A DNA stretch of 64,000 nucleotides, from NCBI GenBank assembly GCA_036398695.1, contig DASWOL010000204.1, forward strand, positions 345 through 64,344. Reading direction: 5' to 3'. Each line of letters starts with the position of its first letter. Within the stretch, counting starts at the first letter, position 1. Source of the DNA: Cellulomonas sp. Lineage in GTDB: Bacteria > Actinomycetota > Actinomycetes > Actinomycetales > Cellulomonadaceae. The position numbers and the translations under genes are program-made. Below the pieces are notes generated by a model. That model worked only from the letters and a program-made list of their open reading frames with translations. It searched no databases and was not told the origin of the DNA. Below are positions 10,942 through 22,240 of this stretch, one piece after another.

Positions 10942-10942
<1 letters not shown>

Positions 10943-11598
10943 TGGCTGCGTACGACGAACCCCAGTCGGGGTCGGCTCAGGCCGGCCCCGACGAGGGGGC
11001 ACCGCACGTGGTCGACAAGCGGAAGATCGACCCGACGACCTTCGAGGTGCGTGAGGGTGCCCAGGCGGCAGCTCCTGCGTCGTCGGGGGCCCCTGGCACT
11101 GCTGGCACTGCTGGCGCTGCCGGCGCTTCCGACGCTGCGCTCGCGGCGGCCGAGGCGCTGGCGGCCGAGCGGCTGGACCAGCTGCAGCGTGCTCAGGCGG
11201 ACCTGTACAACCTCGACCAGCGGTACAACGCCTACGTCAAGCGCACCCGTGGTGAGCTGGCCCAGGCGACGGACCGCGGCGCGGCCGCACTCGCCGAGGC
11301 CCTGATCCCGGTGCTCGACGACGTCGAGCTGGCTCGCCGTCACGGCGAGCTGGCCGGCCCGTTCCAGGCCGTCGCCGAGAAGCTCGAGTCGACGCTGGCG
11401 CGGTTCGGCGTCGAGCGCTACGGCGCGGCCGGAGAGCCGTTCGACCCGGCCGTGCACGAGGCCCTCATGCACGGGCACTCGGCCGAGGTGAGCGAGCCCA
11501 CCGTGCAGGAGGTGCTGCAGCCCGGCTACCGCACCGCCGAGCGGGTGCTGCGCGCCGCGCGGGTGGCCGTGGTGGACCCGCAGGGACCGCAGGCCTGA
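10942..11598 (+). CDS. grpE: Nucleotide exchange factor GrpE
   Basis: 'FDPAVHEAL', 'QPGY..ERVLRAARVAV'; overlaps the dnaK stop. Confidence 0.97.
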
Positions 11599-11638
11599 CG
11601 ATCACCACCGACGACAGGACGACGAGCTGGGAGGCGCC

Positions 11639-12613
11639 GTGACCGGCCAGGATTGGCTGGAGAAGGACTTCTACGCCGTGCTCGGCGTACCGAAGGACGC
11701 GGACCAGCCGGCGATCAAGAAGGCGTACCGCAAGCTGGCCCGCCAGCTGCACCCGGACCACAACCCGGGCGACCCCACGGCCGAGGCGAAGTTCAAGGAC
11801 ATCGGCGAGGCGTACTCGGTGCTGTCCGACGCCGAGCAGCGGCAGCAGTACGACCAGCTCCGTGCGATGACGGGCGGCGCCCGGTTCACGGCCGGAAGCC
11901 GCGCCGGCGGGCCCGGCGGCGCCGGGTTCGAGGACGTCTTCGGCGGGCTGTTCGGCGGCGGTGGCGGCGGTTCCCGCGTCCGGTACTCGACCGGCGGCGG
12001 CGGGTTCGAGGACGTGCTGGGCGGGCTGTTCGGCGGCGGCGGCTTCGGTCAGGCCCGTGGCCCGCGGCGGGGCGTCGACCTCACTGCGTCGACCGTGCTG
12101 CCGTTCCGCACGGCCGCGGCAGGCTCCACCGTGTCGTTGTCCGTCGAGGGCCGGACCGTCAACGCCCGTATCCCCGCGGGCGTCAAGGACGGCCAGAAGA
12201 TCCGGCTCCGCGGCAAGGGCCGCCCCGGCGACCCTGGCGCCGAGCCCGGTGACCTGGTGATCACGGTGAGCGTGGAGCCGCACCCGGTGTTCGCCGCGGA
12301 CGGCACCAACCTCAAGGTCACCGTCCCGGTCGCGTTCGACGAGGCCGCGCTGGGCGCCACCATCGAGGTGCCGACCCTCGACGGCACGCCGGTCAAGGTG
12401 AAGGTGCCCGCCGGCACGCCGTCCGGCAGGACGCTGCGCGTCAAGGGCAAGGGCATCGTCACGCCCAAGGCCACCGGCGACCTCCTGGTGACCGTGCAGG
12501 TCGTCGTGCCGCAGAAGCTGACGCCTGCGGCGCGCGAGGCGGTGCAGGCGTTCGGTATCGCGACGTCGGGCGAGGACCCGCGACGCGAGCTGATGGCGCA
12601 GGCGAGGCTCTGA
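11639..12613 (+). CDS. dnaJ: DnaJ co-chaperone (no zinc finger)
   Basis: J-domain HPD, G/F region, DnaJ_C; no CxxCxGxG repeats. Confidence 0.95.
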   Translation: MTGQDWLEKDFYAVLGVPKDADQPAIKKAYRKLARQLHPDHNPGDPTAEAKFKDIGEAYSVLSDAEQRQQYDQLRAMTGGARFTAGSRAGGPGGAGFEDVFGGLFGGGGGGSRVRYSTGGGGFEDVLGGLFGGGGFGQARGPRRGVDLTASTVLPFRTAAAGSTVSLSVEGRTVNARIPAGVKDGQKIRLRGKGRPGDPGAEPGDLVITVSVEPHPVFAADGTNLKVTVPVAFDEAALGATIEVPTLDGTPVKVKVPAGTPSGRTLRVKGKGIVTPKATGDLLVTVQVVVPQKLTPAAREAVQAFGIATSGEDPRRELMAQARL

Positions 12614-12618
12614 CGGCG

Positions 12619-13044
12619 ATGGACGAGGAGGCGCGCGTCTTCGTCATCTCGGTGGCCGCCGAGCTGGCCGGCATGCACCCGCAGACGTTGCGCCAGTACG
12701 ACCGCCTCGGCCTGGTCAGCCCCGGCCGCACCCGCGGCCGCGGCCGGCGCTACTCGCTGCGCGACATCGCCCTGCTGCGCGAGGTGCAGCGCCTCTCCCA
12801 GGACGACGGCGTCAACCTCGCCGGGGTGAAGCGGATCCTCGAGCTCGAGGAGGACCTGGCGACCGCTCGTCGCCAGGTCGAGTTCCTCCGCGACATGCTG
12901 GACCCGGGCCGGCGGGTGTTCACCGCCGACCCGACGGGCACCGTCGTCGCCGACCGCCGCCGCCCGGGCGCCGACGCCTCCCGTGAGGCCACGACCATCC
13001 GCATGCGCCGCCTGCTGCCGGGACCGAGCGTCCGTCAGGGCTGA
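12619..13044 (+). CDS. hspR: Heat-shock repressor HspR (MerR family)
   Basis: 'ISVAAELAGMHPQTLRQYDRLGL', 'GVNLAGVKRI'. Confidence 0.97.
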   Translation: MDEEARVFVISVAAELAGMHPQTLRQYDRLGLVSPGRTRGRGRRYSLRDIALLREVQRLSQDDGVNLAGVKRILELEEDLATARRQVEFLRDMLDPGRRVFTADPTGTVVADRRRPGADASREATTIRMRRLLPGPSVRQG

Positions 13045-13235
13045 CGATGCACGGCGGCCGGCCGACGCGCGCGGCGCCCCTGTGCGCTGACGTTCCACCG
13101 GGCCGCCATGGTCCGTTGGAGTGAACCTCGGGTAGGTCCGCTTCGCCCGAGTTGTCTGTTTCGCCCTCCCGGCACACGATGAAGGCCCGCCTCGCGGAGC
13201 CGCCTTGGGGCGGTGACCCGTGCGGAGGTCGGCCC

Positions 13236-15101
13236 ATGAGCCACGTCAACGCCCAGCGGCAGCAGCAGGAGCTCAACGACGTCGCGCTGGACCGTGAGCG
13301 GCTGCGCCGCCGACGGCTGTGGCGGGTGGCGGTGGTGCTCGGGACCCTGGACGCCTGGCTCGTCGTGCGCGGCCTGCGCGGAGAGTCGCCGCTGCCGCGT
13401 GTCCAGGTCGACCCGCTGATCCTGGTGCCGGTCCTGTTCTTCGTCGCGCTCATCGCCCTGATGGTCGGCACGACGGTGGGCGCGGGCCGCTCGCCGCACG
13501 TCGTCTTCCGCCCGGAGCAGGTGGACGTCCGGCTGGACGACGTCATCGGCATCGACCCGATCATCGAGGACGTGCGCCGCTCGATCGACCTGTTCTGGAC
13601 CTACCGCCGGTTCGCCGACCAGATGGGCGGCACCCCGCGGCGCGGGCTGCTGTTCGAGGGCGCGCCCGGGACCGGCAAGACGATGACGGCCAAGGCGATG
13701 GCCGCCGAGGCCGGTGTGCCGTTCCTGTTCGTCTCGGCCACCAGCTTCCAGTCGATGTACTACGGCGCCACCGCGCGCAAGATCCGGTCCTACTTCAAGG
13801 CCCTGCGCCGCGCCGCCCGCGCCGAGGGCGGGGCGATCGGGTTCATCGAGGAGATCGACGCGATCGCGATGCGGCGGGGCGCGCTGCTCGCGTCCGACCC
13901 TGGGCAGGTTTCCGCCTCGGACGGCGGCGTGCGCGTCGAGCGCGCCATCTCCGAGGGCACCGGAGGCGTGGTGAACGAGCTCCTGGTGCAGATGCAGTCG
14001 TTCGACGAGCCGGTGGGCGCCGAGAAGCTCGTCGGGCGGCTGCGCGAGGCGGTCAACCTGCTGCTGTCCGCCGACCGCCGGCTGCGCGCGCGGCCGGTGC
14101 GGCGCGCCCCGATCCTGCTCATCGCGGCGACCAACCGCGGCGACGCCCTCGACCCCGCGCTGCTGCGGCCCGGGCGGTTCGACCGCCGGCTGACCTTCCC
14201 GGTGCCGGACGCGCGCGGGCGGCGCGCCCTCGTGGACCACTTCCTCACCCGGCGCTCCCACGACGACGAGCTCGACGACCCGGCCGTCCGCGATCGCGTG
14301 GCCGCCGCGACCAACGGCTGGACCCCGGTGATGGTCGAGCACCTGCTCGACGAGGCGCTGGTCAACGCGCTGCGCCGCGGCGCCCGGTCGATGAGCTTCG
14401 AGGACGTCGAGCACGCGCGCATCACGGAGATGGTCGGCATCGGCCACCCGGTGAGCTACACGCCCGACGAGCTGCGGCTGATCGCCACCCACGAGGCCGG
14501 GCACGCCACCACCGCGTGGCTGGTCGCGCCGAAGCGGCACATGGAGGTGCTGACGGTCGTCAGGCGCGGCTCGGCGCTCGGCCTGCTGGCGCACGACGAC
14601 CTCGAGGAGGTCTACACGCACTCGCGCTACGACCTGCGAGCGCTGGTCCAGATCGCCATGGGCGGGTGGGTGGCCGAGGAGCTGTTCTACGACGGCGAGA
14701 CCACCACCGGGCCGGCGTCCGACCTGACGTCCGCCACCCGGACGGCGGCGCAGATGGTGGGTGCCGCCGGGATGGGCAGCTCGCTCGTGTCGTTCGCCGC
14801 GACCGGCAAGGACCTGGTCGAGGCCGTGCTGGCGGACACCAAGGCGCGCACGGAGGTGGAGCAGGTGCTCGACGACGCCCGGGGGACGGTGCGCCGCCTG
14901 CTGGCCGCCAACCGCGACCTCGTCGAGGCGCTGCGCGACGCCCTGGTGGAGCGCCACGAGCTGATCGGCGACGAGATCACCGCCGTCCTCGAGGCCGCGG
15001 TCGCCGCACGTGCCGCGGCCGGAGTGCACCCGGCGGTGGCGGTGGCGCGCACCGCCGCGTCGTCCGACGAGCCCACGCCGGCCCGCCTCCGCATCGCCTG
15101 A
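13236..15101 (+). CDS. FtsH-like membrane AAA+ Zn metalloprotease paralog (M41)
   Basis: Two TM, GAPGTGKT, FIEEIDA, 'ATNR...LDPALLRPGRFDR', HEAGH; GGAGG RBS. Confidence 0.9.
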   Translation: MSHVNAQRQQQELNDVALDRERLRRRRLWRVAVVLGTLDAWLVVRGLRGESPLPRVQVDPLILVPVLFFVALIALMVGTTVGAGRSPHVVFRPEQVDVRLDDVIGIDPIIEDVRRSIDLFWTYRRFADQMGGTPRRGLLFEGAPGTGKTMTAKAMAAEAGVPFLFVSATSFQSMYYGATARKIRSYFKALRRAARAEGGAIGFIEEIDAIAMRRGALLASDPGQVSASDGGVRVERAISEGTGGVVNELLVQMQSFDEPVGAEKLVGRLREAVNLLLSADRRLRARPVRRAPILLIAATNRGDALDPALLRPGRFDRRLTFPVPDARGRRALVDHFLTRRSHDDELDDPAVRDRVAAATNGWTPVMVEHLLDEALVNALRRGARSMSFEDVEHARITEMVGIGHPVSYTPDELRLIATHEAGHATTAWLVAPKRHMEVLTVVRRGSALGLLAHDDLEEVYTHSRYDLRALVQIAMGGWVAEELFYDGETTTGPASDLTSATRTAAQMVGAAGMGSSLVSFAATGKDLVEAVLADTKARTEVEQVLDDARGTVRRLLAANRDLVEALRDALVERHELIGDEITAVLEAAVAARAAAGVHPAVAVARTAASSDEPTPARLRIA

Positions 15102-15111
15102 CGCGGCCCCA

Positions 15112-15357
15112 CGTGACGTAGGGCGTTGCCTGACGTGTGGCTCGACGTGACGTGGGGCGTTGCCTGACGCGCGTCCTTGCGTGACGTAGGGCGTTGCCTG
15201 ACGCGCGTCCTTGCGTGACGTAGGGCGTTGCCCGACGCGCGTCCTTGCGTGACGTGGGGCGTTGCCTGACGCGTGGCTCCACGTGACGTGGGGCGTTGCC
15301 TGACGCGCGTCCTTGCGTGACGTGGTGCGTTGCCTGACGCGTGGCCCTTACGTGACG
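15112..15357. repeat. Tandem array, 7 x 34 bp plus a partial unit
   Basis: Unit CGTGACGTRGGGCGTTGCCTGACGCGCGTCCTTG with variant tails. Confidence 0.9.
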
Positions 15358-15453
15358 CACCACGGCCTTGCCTCTGGAGCGCGCCTTCACGCGCCCAGCC
15401 CGCGGTCACCCGCCGACGTCTCTTCCGCCCGTCGTCACCCGCCTGACCGCCTC

Positions 15454-15534
15454 CCTGTCGAGTCGGCACTTTGGTGCCGGCTCGGCGCATCCATGTGCCG
15501 ACTCGGCACAAGAGTGCCGAGTTGGGGATGGCGG
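15454..15534. repeat. 81-bp palindromic element, copy 1
   Basis: 77/81 identical to 15651-15731; internal ~27-bp stem. Confidence 0.85.
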
Positions 15535-15650
15535 GGATGGCGGTGGTGGTGCCGGGGTTCGCGGGCCGGGCGGGGGATGGGCCGGCGGTGGCTGGTGGAC
15601 GGGTGGGCGCCGGCGGCTGCCGTCCTGCATCGCCTGGCGTCACCCGTCTG

Positions 15651-15731
15651 CCTGTCGAGTCGGCACTTTGGTGCCGGCTCGGCGCAACCATGTGCCGAGT
15701 CGGCACCAAAGTGCCGAGTTGGGGATGGCGG
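15651..15731. repeat. 81-bp palindromic element, copy 2
   Basis: TCGGCACTTTGGTGCCGGCTCGGCGCA ... TGTGCCGAGTCGGCACCAAAGTGCCGA. Confidence 0.85.
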
Positions 15732-15960
15732 TGGCGGGGTGAAGACGCCGGCGGAGAGGGCGGGTTGTGGACAAGGGCGGGGAGGGTGTGGATGAAGGGC
15801 GACACGCCGGTGGGTCATCGTGTGGGCGGCGGGTCACGGGCTGTTGGCGGGGTGTGGACGACGCGCCGGGCGGGGGCGTCATCGCAGCGCAGAGGGCCGT
15901 GTCGGTGGTGGACGGTAGTCTCGAAGCCCTGTGCACAGGGTGAAAAACCACACCGGTGTA

Positions 15961-16008
15961 ACACAAGCCCTAGTGGTAGTTGGCAACGACGACCACAAGG
16001 TTTAGTGT
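15961..16008. promoter_or_regulatory. Tandem NrdR boxes
   Basis: ACACAAGCCCTAGTGG (15961-15976) and CCACAAGGTTTAGTGT (15993-16008), 32-bp spacing, upstream of nrdH. Confidence 0.8.
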
Positions 16009-16091
16009 CGAGTCTCGACGCGCGACGCAGACACTTCGTCGGCAGTTGGCACACAGCGCGTCGGCACCGAACCAGCCCGAGGGAGCCCACG

Positions 16092-16337
16092 ATGACGATC
16101 ACGGTCTACAGCAAGCCGTCGTGCGTGCAGTGCAGCGCTACGTACCGCGCCCTCGACAAGCTCGGCTTCGAGTACGAGGTGGTGGACATCACCGAGGACG
16201 CCGACGCACGCGACTACGTGATGTCGCTGGGCCACCTTCAGGCCCCGGTCGTCATGGTCGGTGCCGAGCACTGGTCGGGCTTCCGGCCGGACAAGATCAA
16301 GGCGCTCGCAGAGCGCACGGCGGCCACGGTCGCCTGA
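16092..16337 (+). CDS. nrdH: Glutaredoxin-like NrdH
   Basis: CVQC active site, WSGFRPD. Confidence 0.97.
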   Translation: MTITVYSKPSCVQCSATYRALDKLGFEYEVVDITEDADARDYVMSLGHLQAPVVMVGAEHWSGFRPDKIKALAERTAATVA

Positions 16338-16538
16338 GGCACCGGCCCCGCGCGGGGCCCACACCCTCCCCGGGTCGGCGCGAGCAGGACGCCGCGCCGA
16401 CCCGGCGGGCAGCCTCCTTCGACGGGCAGCGGCGGACGTCGCAAGCCCTGCACCAGCTTCGGCGGGTCCCCGAGGCCTTTTCGTCAGCACAGAGGTCCCA
16501 GGCAGAAGTGTCTGTCCCGGGACCCAGGACCTTCGGCC

Positions 16539-16640
16539 TAGCACGACGACGTAGCCCGACGACCAGCACGACGACGTGGCCCGATGACCAGCACGACGAC
16601 CTAGCACGACGACCTAGCACGACGACCCAGCACGACGAGG
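16539..16640. repeat. Short tandem array, 8 x 12-13 bp
   Basis: (T/C)AGCACGACGAC(C/G) units ending just before the nrdI RBS. Confidence 0.85.
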
Positions 16641-16655
16641 ACGGAAGGAGTGGCT

Positions 16656-17051
16656 ATGCCGACCCTGGTGTACTTCTCGTCCGTCTCGAACAACACCCAC
16701 CGGTTCGTCGGGAAGACCGGACTGCCGGCGCAGCGGATCCCGCTGCGGCCCGCGGATCCCTTCCTGCGGGTCGACGAGCCGTACGTGCTCGTCGTGCCCA
16801 CCTACGGCGGGGGCAACGAAGGCGGGGCGGTGCCCCGCCAGGTCGTCGCCTTCCTCAACGACGACGGCAACCGTGCGCTGATCCGCGGCGTGATCGCGGC
16901 CGGCAACACGAACTTCGGCAAGGCGTACGGCCTCGCGGGCGACATCGTCGCGGCCACGTGCGGTGTTCCGTATCTGTACGCCTTCGAGCTCATGGGTACG
17001 CAGCGTGACGTGGAGCGCGTCCGCACTGGATGGGAACGGATGTGGCGATGA
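16656..17051 (+). CDS. nrdI: Class Ib RNR flavodoxin NrdI
   Basis: '[12 protein letters not shown]', 'PTYGGG', 'GNTNFG', 'FELMGT'. Confidence 0.97.
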   Translation: MPTLVYFSSVSNNTHRFVGKTGLPAQRIPLRPADPFLRVDEPYVLVVPTYGGGNEGGAVPRQVVAFLNDDGNRALIRGVIAAGNTNFGKAYGLAGDIVAATCGVPYLYAFELMGTQRDVERVRTGWERMWR

Positions 17052-19189
17052 CGGTCACCGAGTTTCGGGTCGACACGACGGGGCTGGACTACCACGCCCT
17101 CAACGCGATGCTCAACCTGTACGGACCGGACGGGAAGATCCAGTTCGACAAGGACCGCGAAGCCGCGCGGCAGTACTTCCTCCAGCACGTCAACCAGAAC
17201 ACGGTGTTCTTCCACGACCTCGACGAGAAGCTCGACTACCTCGTCGAGAACAAGTACTACGACCCGGCGGTGCTGGCGAAGTACGACCGCGCCTTCCTGC
17301 ACAGCCTCTTCGACTACGCGTACTCGAAGAAGTTCCGGTTCTCGACGTTCCTCGGGGCGTTCAAGTACTACACGTCGTACACGCTGAAGACCTTCGACGG
17401 GAAGCGCTACCTGGAGCGGTTCGAGGACCGGGTGTCGATGGTGGCGCTCGCCCTGGCGGACGGCGACACCGACTTCGCGGTCTCGCTGGTCGACGAGATG
17501 ATCTCCGGCCGGTTCCAGCCGGCGACGCCGACCTTCCTCAATCTCGGCAAGGCGCAGCGCGGCGAGCCGGTCAGCTGCTTCCTGCTGCGCATCGAGGACA
17601 ACATGGAGTCGATCGCGCGCGGCATCAACTCCGCCCTGCAGCTGAGCAAGCGCGGCGGCGGCGTGGCGCTGCTTCTGAGCAACATCCGCGAGCACGGCGC
17701 GCCCATCAAGCACATCGAGAACCAGAGCTCCGGCGTCATCCCCGTGATGAAGCTGCTCGAGGACTCGTTCAGCTACGCCAACCAGCTCGGCGCCCGCCAG
17801 GGTGCCGGCGCGGTGTACCTGCACGCCCACCACCCGGACATCTACCGGTTCCTCGACACCAAGCGGGAGAACGCCGACGAGAAGGTCCGCATCAAGACGC
17901 TGTCGCTCGGCGTCGTGGTGCCGGACATCACGTTCGAGCTGGCCCGCAAGAACGAGCCGATGTACCTGTTCAGCCCGTACGACGTCGAGAACGTCTACGG
18001 CATCCCGTTCGCCGACGTCAACGTCACCGAGAAGTACTACGAGATGGTCGACGACAAGCGGATCCGCAAGACGAAGATCGACGCACGCGAGTTCTTCCAG
18101 CGGCTGGCGGAGATCCAGTTCGAGTCGGGGTACCCGTACGTGGTGTTCGAGGACACCGTGAACCGGGCGAACCCGATCAAGGGCAAGATCACCATGTCGA
18201 ACCTGTGCTCGGAGATCCTCCAGGTGTCGACGCCGTCGCGGTTCAACGAGGACCTGTCCTACGCGGAGGTCGGCAAGGACATCAGCTGCAACCTCGGCTC
18301 ACTGAACATCGCGCTGACCATGGACTCTCCGGACTTCGGCGCGTCGGTCGAGACGGCGATCCGCGGGCTGACCGCGGTGAGCGACCAGACGAGCATCGAG
18401 TCGGTCCCGAGCGTGAAGAAGGCGAACGCCGCCGGCCACGCCATCGGCCTCGGGCAGATGAACCTGCACGGCTACCTGGCCCGCGAGCGGATCTTCTACG
18501 GGTCCGACGAGGGCCTGGACTTCACCAACATGTACTTCTACACGGTGGCGTTCCACGCCATCCGGGCGTCGAACAAGCTGGCCATCGAGCGGGGCCGCGC
18601 GTTCGACGGCTTCGCGGACTCGAAGTACGCGAGCGGCGAGTACTTCGCCAAGTACGTGGACAAGGAGTGGAAGCCGCGCACGGCGCGGGTCGCCGAGCTG
18701 TTCGCGAACGCCGGTGTGCACATCCCGACGCAGGACGACTGGCGCGAGCTGGCCGCCTCGGTCGCCGAGCACGGCATCTACAACCAGAACCTCCAGGCCG
18801 TGCCGCCCACCGGCTCGATCAGCTACATCAACCACTCGACGAGCTCGATCCACCCGATCGCTAGCAAGATCGAGATCCGCAAGGAAGGCAAGATCGGCCG
18901 CGTCTACTACCCGGCCCCGTTCATGGACAACGACAACCTGGAGTACTTCCAGGACGCCTACGAGATCGGCTTCGAGAAGATCATCGACACGTACGCCGAG
19001 GCGACGCAGCACGTCGACCAGGGGCTGAGCCTGACGCTGTTCTTCAAGGACACCGCCACCACGCGCGACCTCAACCGGGCCCAGATCTACGCCTGGAAGA
19101 AGGGCATCAAGACGATCTACTACGTGCGACTGCGGCAGATGGCCCTGGAAGGCACCGAGGTGGAGGGCTGCGTCAGCTGCATGCTGTGA
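17048..19189 (+). CDS. nrdE: Class Ib ribonucleotide reductase alpha subunit
   Basis: 'PATPTF', 'SCFL', 'SNLCSE', 'YYVR', C-terminal CVSC. Confidence 0.98.
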   Translation: MTVTEFRVDTTGLDYHALNAMLNLYGPDGKIQFDKDREAARQYFLQHVNQNTVFFHDLDEKLDYLVENKYYDPAVLAKYDRAFLHSLFDYAYSKKFRFSTFLGAFKYYTSYTLKTFDGKRYLERFEDRVSMVALALADGDTDFAVSLVDEMISGRFQPATPTFLNLGKAQRGEPVSCFLLRIEDNMESIARGINSALQLSKRGGGVALLLSNIREHGAPIKHIENQSSGVIPVMKLLEDSFSYANQLGARQGAGAVYLHAHHPDIYRFLDTKRENADEKVRIKTLSLGVVVPDITFELARKNEPMYLFSPYDVENVYGIPFADVNVTEKYYEMVDDKRIRKTKIDAREFFQRLAEIQFESGYPYVVFEDTVNRANPIKGKITMSNLCSEILQVSTPSRFNEDLSYAEVGKDISCNLGSLNIALTMDSPDFGASVETAIRGLTAVSDQTSIESVPSVKKANAAGHAIGLGQMNLHGYLARERIFYGSDEGLDFTNMYFYTVAFHAIRASNKLAIERGRAFDGFADSKYASGEYFAKYVDKEWKPRTARVAELFANAGVHIPTQDDWRELAASVAEHGIYNQNLQAVPPTGSISYINHSTSSIHPIASKIEIRKEGKIGRVYYPAPFMDNDNLEYFQDAYEIGFEKIIDTYAEATQHVDQGLSLTLFFKDTATTRDLNRAQIYAWKKGIKTIYYVRLRQMALEGTEVEGCVSCML

Positions 19190-20200
<1,011 letters not shown>

Positions 20201-20267
20201 CCCGCTCACAGCGGGCTGATAGGAAACGCGAAGCGGACGCCGAGGAACGTCGCGGACAGTCGCTTCC

Positions 20268-21662
20268 ATGACGAGCCTGGTGGCGCCGCGCACGGCAGCC
20301 GACGGACGACGAACGAACGGGTCACGCCCCACGGGTCTCGGCCGCCCGGCATCGGCCCGCCGGTTCCCGGTCCGCAGCGTCATCGCCGCAGCGTGCGTCG
20401 CCGTCACCTGGTTCTGGTGGGCGGGCACGCCCGCCGCCTCGGGCGCCACCCCCGGCACCGCGCTCGTCGCGGTCTCTGAGCTCGTCGGCCTGCTGGCCTC
20501 GGTGCTCGTGTGCGCGCAGCTGCTGCTCGTCGCTCGCGTGCCGTGGTTCGAGCGAGCGGTCGGCCTGGACCGCCTGGTGTCGTGGCACCGATCGCTCGGC
20601 ACCACCGTGGTGCTGCTCGTCGTCACCCATGTGCTGGGGATGATCGTCGGCCAGCAGCTCGTCACAGGCGACACGCCGTGGGGCGCGCTGCGCACGCTCC
20701 TGGCGACCACGAGCGACCTGTGGCTCGCGCTCGCCGGCACGATCGTGTTCCTCGCCGTGGGGCTGTCGAGCGCTCGACTGCTGCGCCGCCACCTCACCTA
20801 CGAGTGGTGGTACGCGGTCCACGTCACGATCTACGGCGCGATCGCCGCGACGTTCCTGCACCAGGTGAGCGCCGGTGTGCACTTCGCCGGGGTCCCGCTC
20901 GCCCGCGCCGCCTGGTTCTTCCTCTACGGCGCCACCGCCTGGGCCGTGGTGTGGTGGCGCGCGCTGCTGCCGCTCGCCCGGCACGTCACCTTCGGTGTGC
21001 GGGTGGTCGCCCTGGTCGACGAGGGGGGGCGTGCGACGAGCGTGTGGCTGCGCGGCCGCCGGCTCGACCGGCTGGCGCCACGGGCGGGGCAGTTCTTCCT
21101 GGTCCGCTTTCTGGCCTCGGGCCACATCCTCACCTCGCACCCGTACTCGCTGTCGCTGGTGCCGACCGACGACCACCTGCGGTTCACGGTGGGCGCCCTG
21201 GGCGACCACTCGGCGGCCGTCGCGTCGCTGCGGCCGGGCACGAGGGTGCTGCTCGAGGGCCCGTTCGGCCGCATGACCGCCGACCGCGCACGTTCACGCC
21301 GCGTGCTGCTGATCGCCGGCGGCGCGGGGATCGGTCCGGTCAGGGCGCTCGCCGAGGAGCTGGTCAACGCGGGGCGCGACGTGGTGGTGCTGCACCGCGC
21401 GCACTCGGCGGACGAGCTCGCGCTGGCCGCCGAGTTCCCCACGACCTCGAGGCTGCGCTACGTGCCGGTCGCCGGCCGGCGGCGCGAGCTCGGATACGAC
21501 CCGCTGGTGCCGTCGGCGATCGCCGCGCTGGTGCCGGACATCGGGCAGCGCGACGTCTTCGTCTCGGGGCCACCGCCGATGGTCGACGCCGTCGTCGCGT
21601 CGGTCCGCGCGCTGGGTGTCCCCCGAGCCGCCATCCACACCGAGGAGCTGAGCCTGGCATGA
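20268..21662 (+). CDS. Ferric reductase-like transmembrane + FAD/NAD-binding oxidoreductase
   Basis: TM His residues (WHR, H, H, LH), 'SHPYSLS', 'EGPFG', 'AGGAGIGP'. Confidence 0.88.
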   Translation: MTSLVAPRTAADGRRTNGSRPTGLGRPASARRFPVRSVIAAACVAVTWFWWAGTPAASGATPGTALVAVSELVGLLASVLVCAQLLLVARVPWFERAVGLDRLVSWHRSLGTTVVLLVVTHVLGMIVGQQLVTGDTPWGALRTLLATTSDLWLALAGTIVFLAVGLSSARLLRRHLTYEWWYAVHVTIYGAIAATFLHQVSAGVHFAGVPLARAAWFFLYGATAWAVVWWRALLPLARHVTFGVRVVALVDEGGRATSVWLRGRRLDRLAPRAGQFFLVRFLASGHILTSHPYSLSLVPTDDHLRFTVGALGDHSAAVASLRPGTRVLLEGPFGRMTADRARSRRVLLIAGGAGIGPVRALAEELVNAGRDVVVLHRAHSADELALAAEFPTTSRLRYVPVAGRRRELGYDPLVPSAIAALVPDIGQRDVFVSGPPPMVDAVVASVRALGVPRAAIHTEELSLA

Positions 21663-22240
21663 GCACCACACCCTGGCGGGGAACGCTGATCTTCGCCGGC
21701 GGCATCGCGGCGATCGCCGCGACGGCCGTCACCCGGTTCGCCGGCGCCGACGTCGCGGCCGCGGGTGCCGCGGCTCCGGCCGGCGTCTCCGGCACGTCGA
21801 GCACCGTGCTGCCCGCCGGCTCCTCTGCGTCAGCAGGCTCGGCCGGCTCGGCAGCCGGCTCCGGCAAGGCGTCCGGCTCGGCGGCCACCTCCGGTTCGGC
21901 GGGCGCGACGTCCGCGGCGAGCAACCCCGCGGCGACGCCGAGCGCGCCACCTGCGGCGTCGAGCGGGACGGTGACCATCGTCGGCAGCACGGTCCAGACG
22001 CGCTACGGCCCGGTCCAGCTGTCGGTGACGTTCGACGGCTCGCGCATCGCCGACGTCCAGGCGCTGCAGTCGCCGGACTGGCACGGTGAGAGCGTCCAGA
22101 TCAACGCCTACGCGATCCCCGTGCTCAACCAGGAGGCGGTCGCCGCCGGCTCGGCGAAGATCGACAGCGTCTCGGGCGCCACGTTCACGTCCGTCGGGTA
22201 CAAGCAGTCGCTGCAGTCCGCGATCGACCAGCACGGATGA
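21659..22240 (+). CDS. Extracytoplasmic FMN-binding (flavinylated) protein
   Basis: N-terminal anchor, Ser/Ala linker, 'TRYGPVQ', 'IDSVSGATFTS' flavinylation motif. Confidence 0.9.
   Translation: MSTTPWRGTLIFAGGIAAIAATAVTRFAGADVAAAGAAAPAGVSGTSSTVLPAGSSASAGSAGSAAGSGKASGSAATSGSAGATSAASNPAATPSAPPAASSGTVTIVGSTVQTRYGPVQLSVTFDGSRIADVQALQSPDWHGESVQINAYAIPVLNQEAVAAGSAKIDSVSGATFTSVGYKQSLQSAIDQHG

Noticed and set aside
11639-12613. Zinc-finger-less DnaJ as a novelty
   Set aside because: Class B DnaJ in the dnaK operon is common in this actinobacterial lineage
13045-13235. Known riboswitch upstream of the FtsH-like gene
   Set aside because: Hairpins are present but no recognisable aptamer consensus
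15112-15357. CRISPR array
   Set aside because: Variable parts are only ~10 bp and recur; no unique spacers and no cas genes
16400-16535. Cobalamin riboswitch before nrdIEF
   Set aside because: B12-box and the conserved GGGAA/GCCACTG elements were not found
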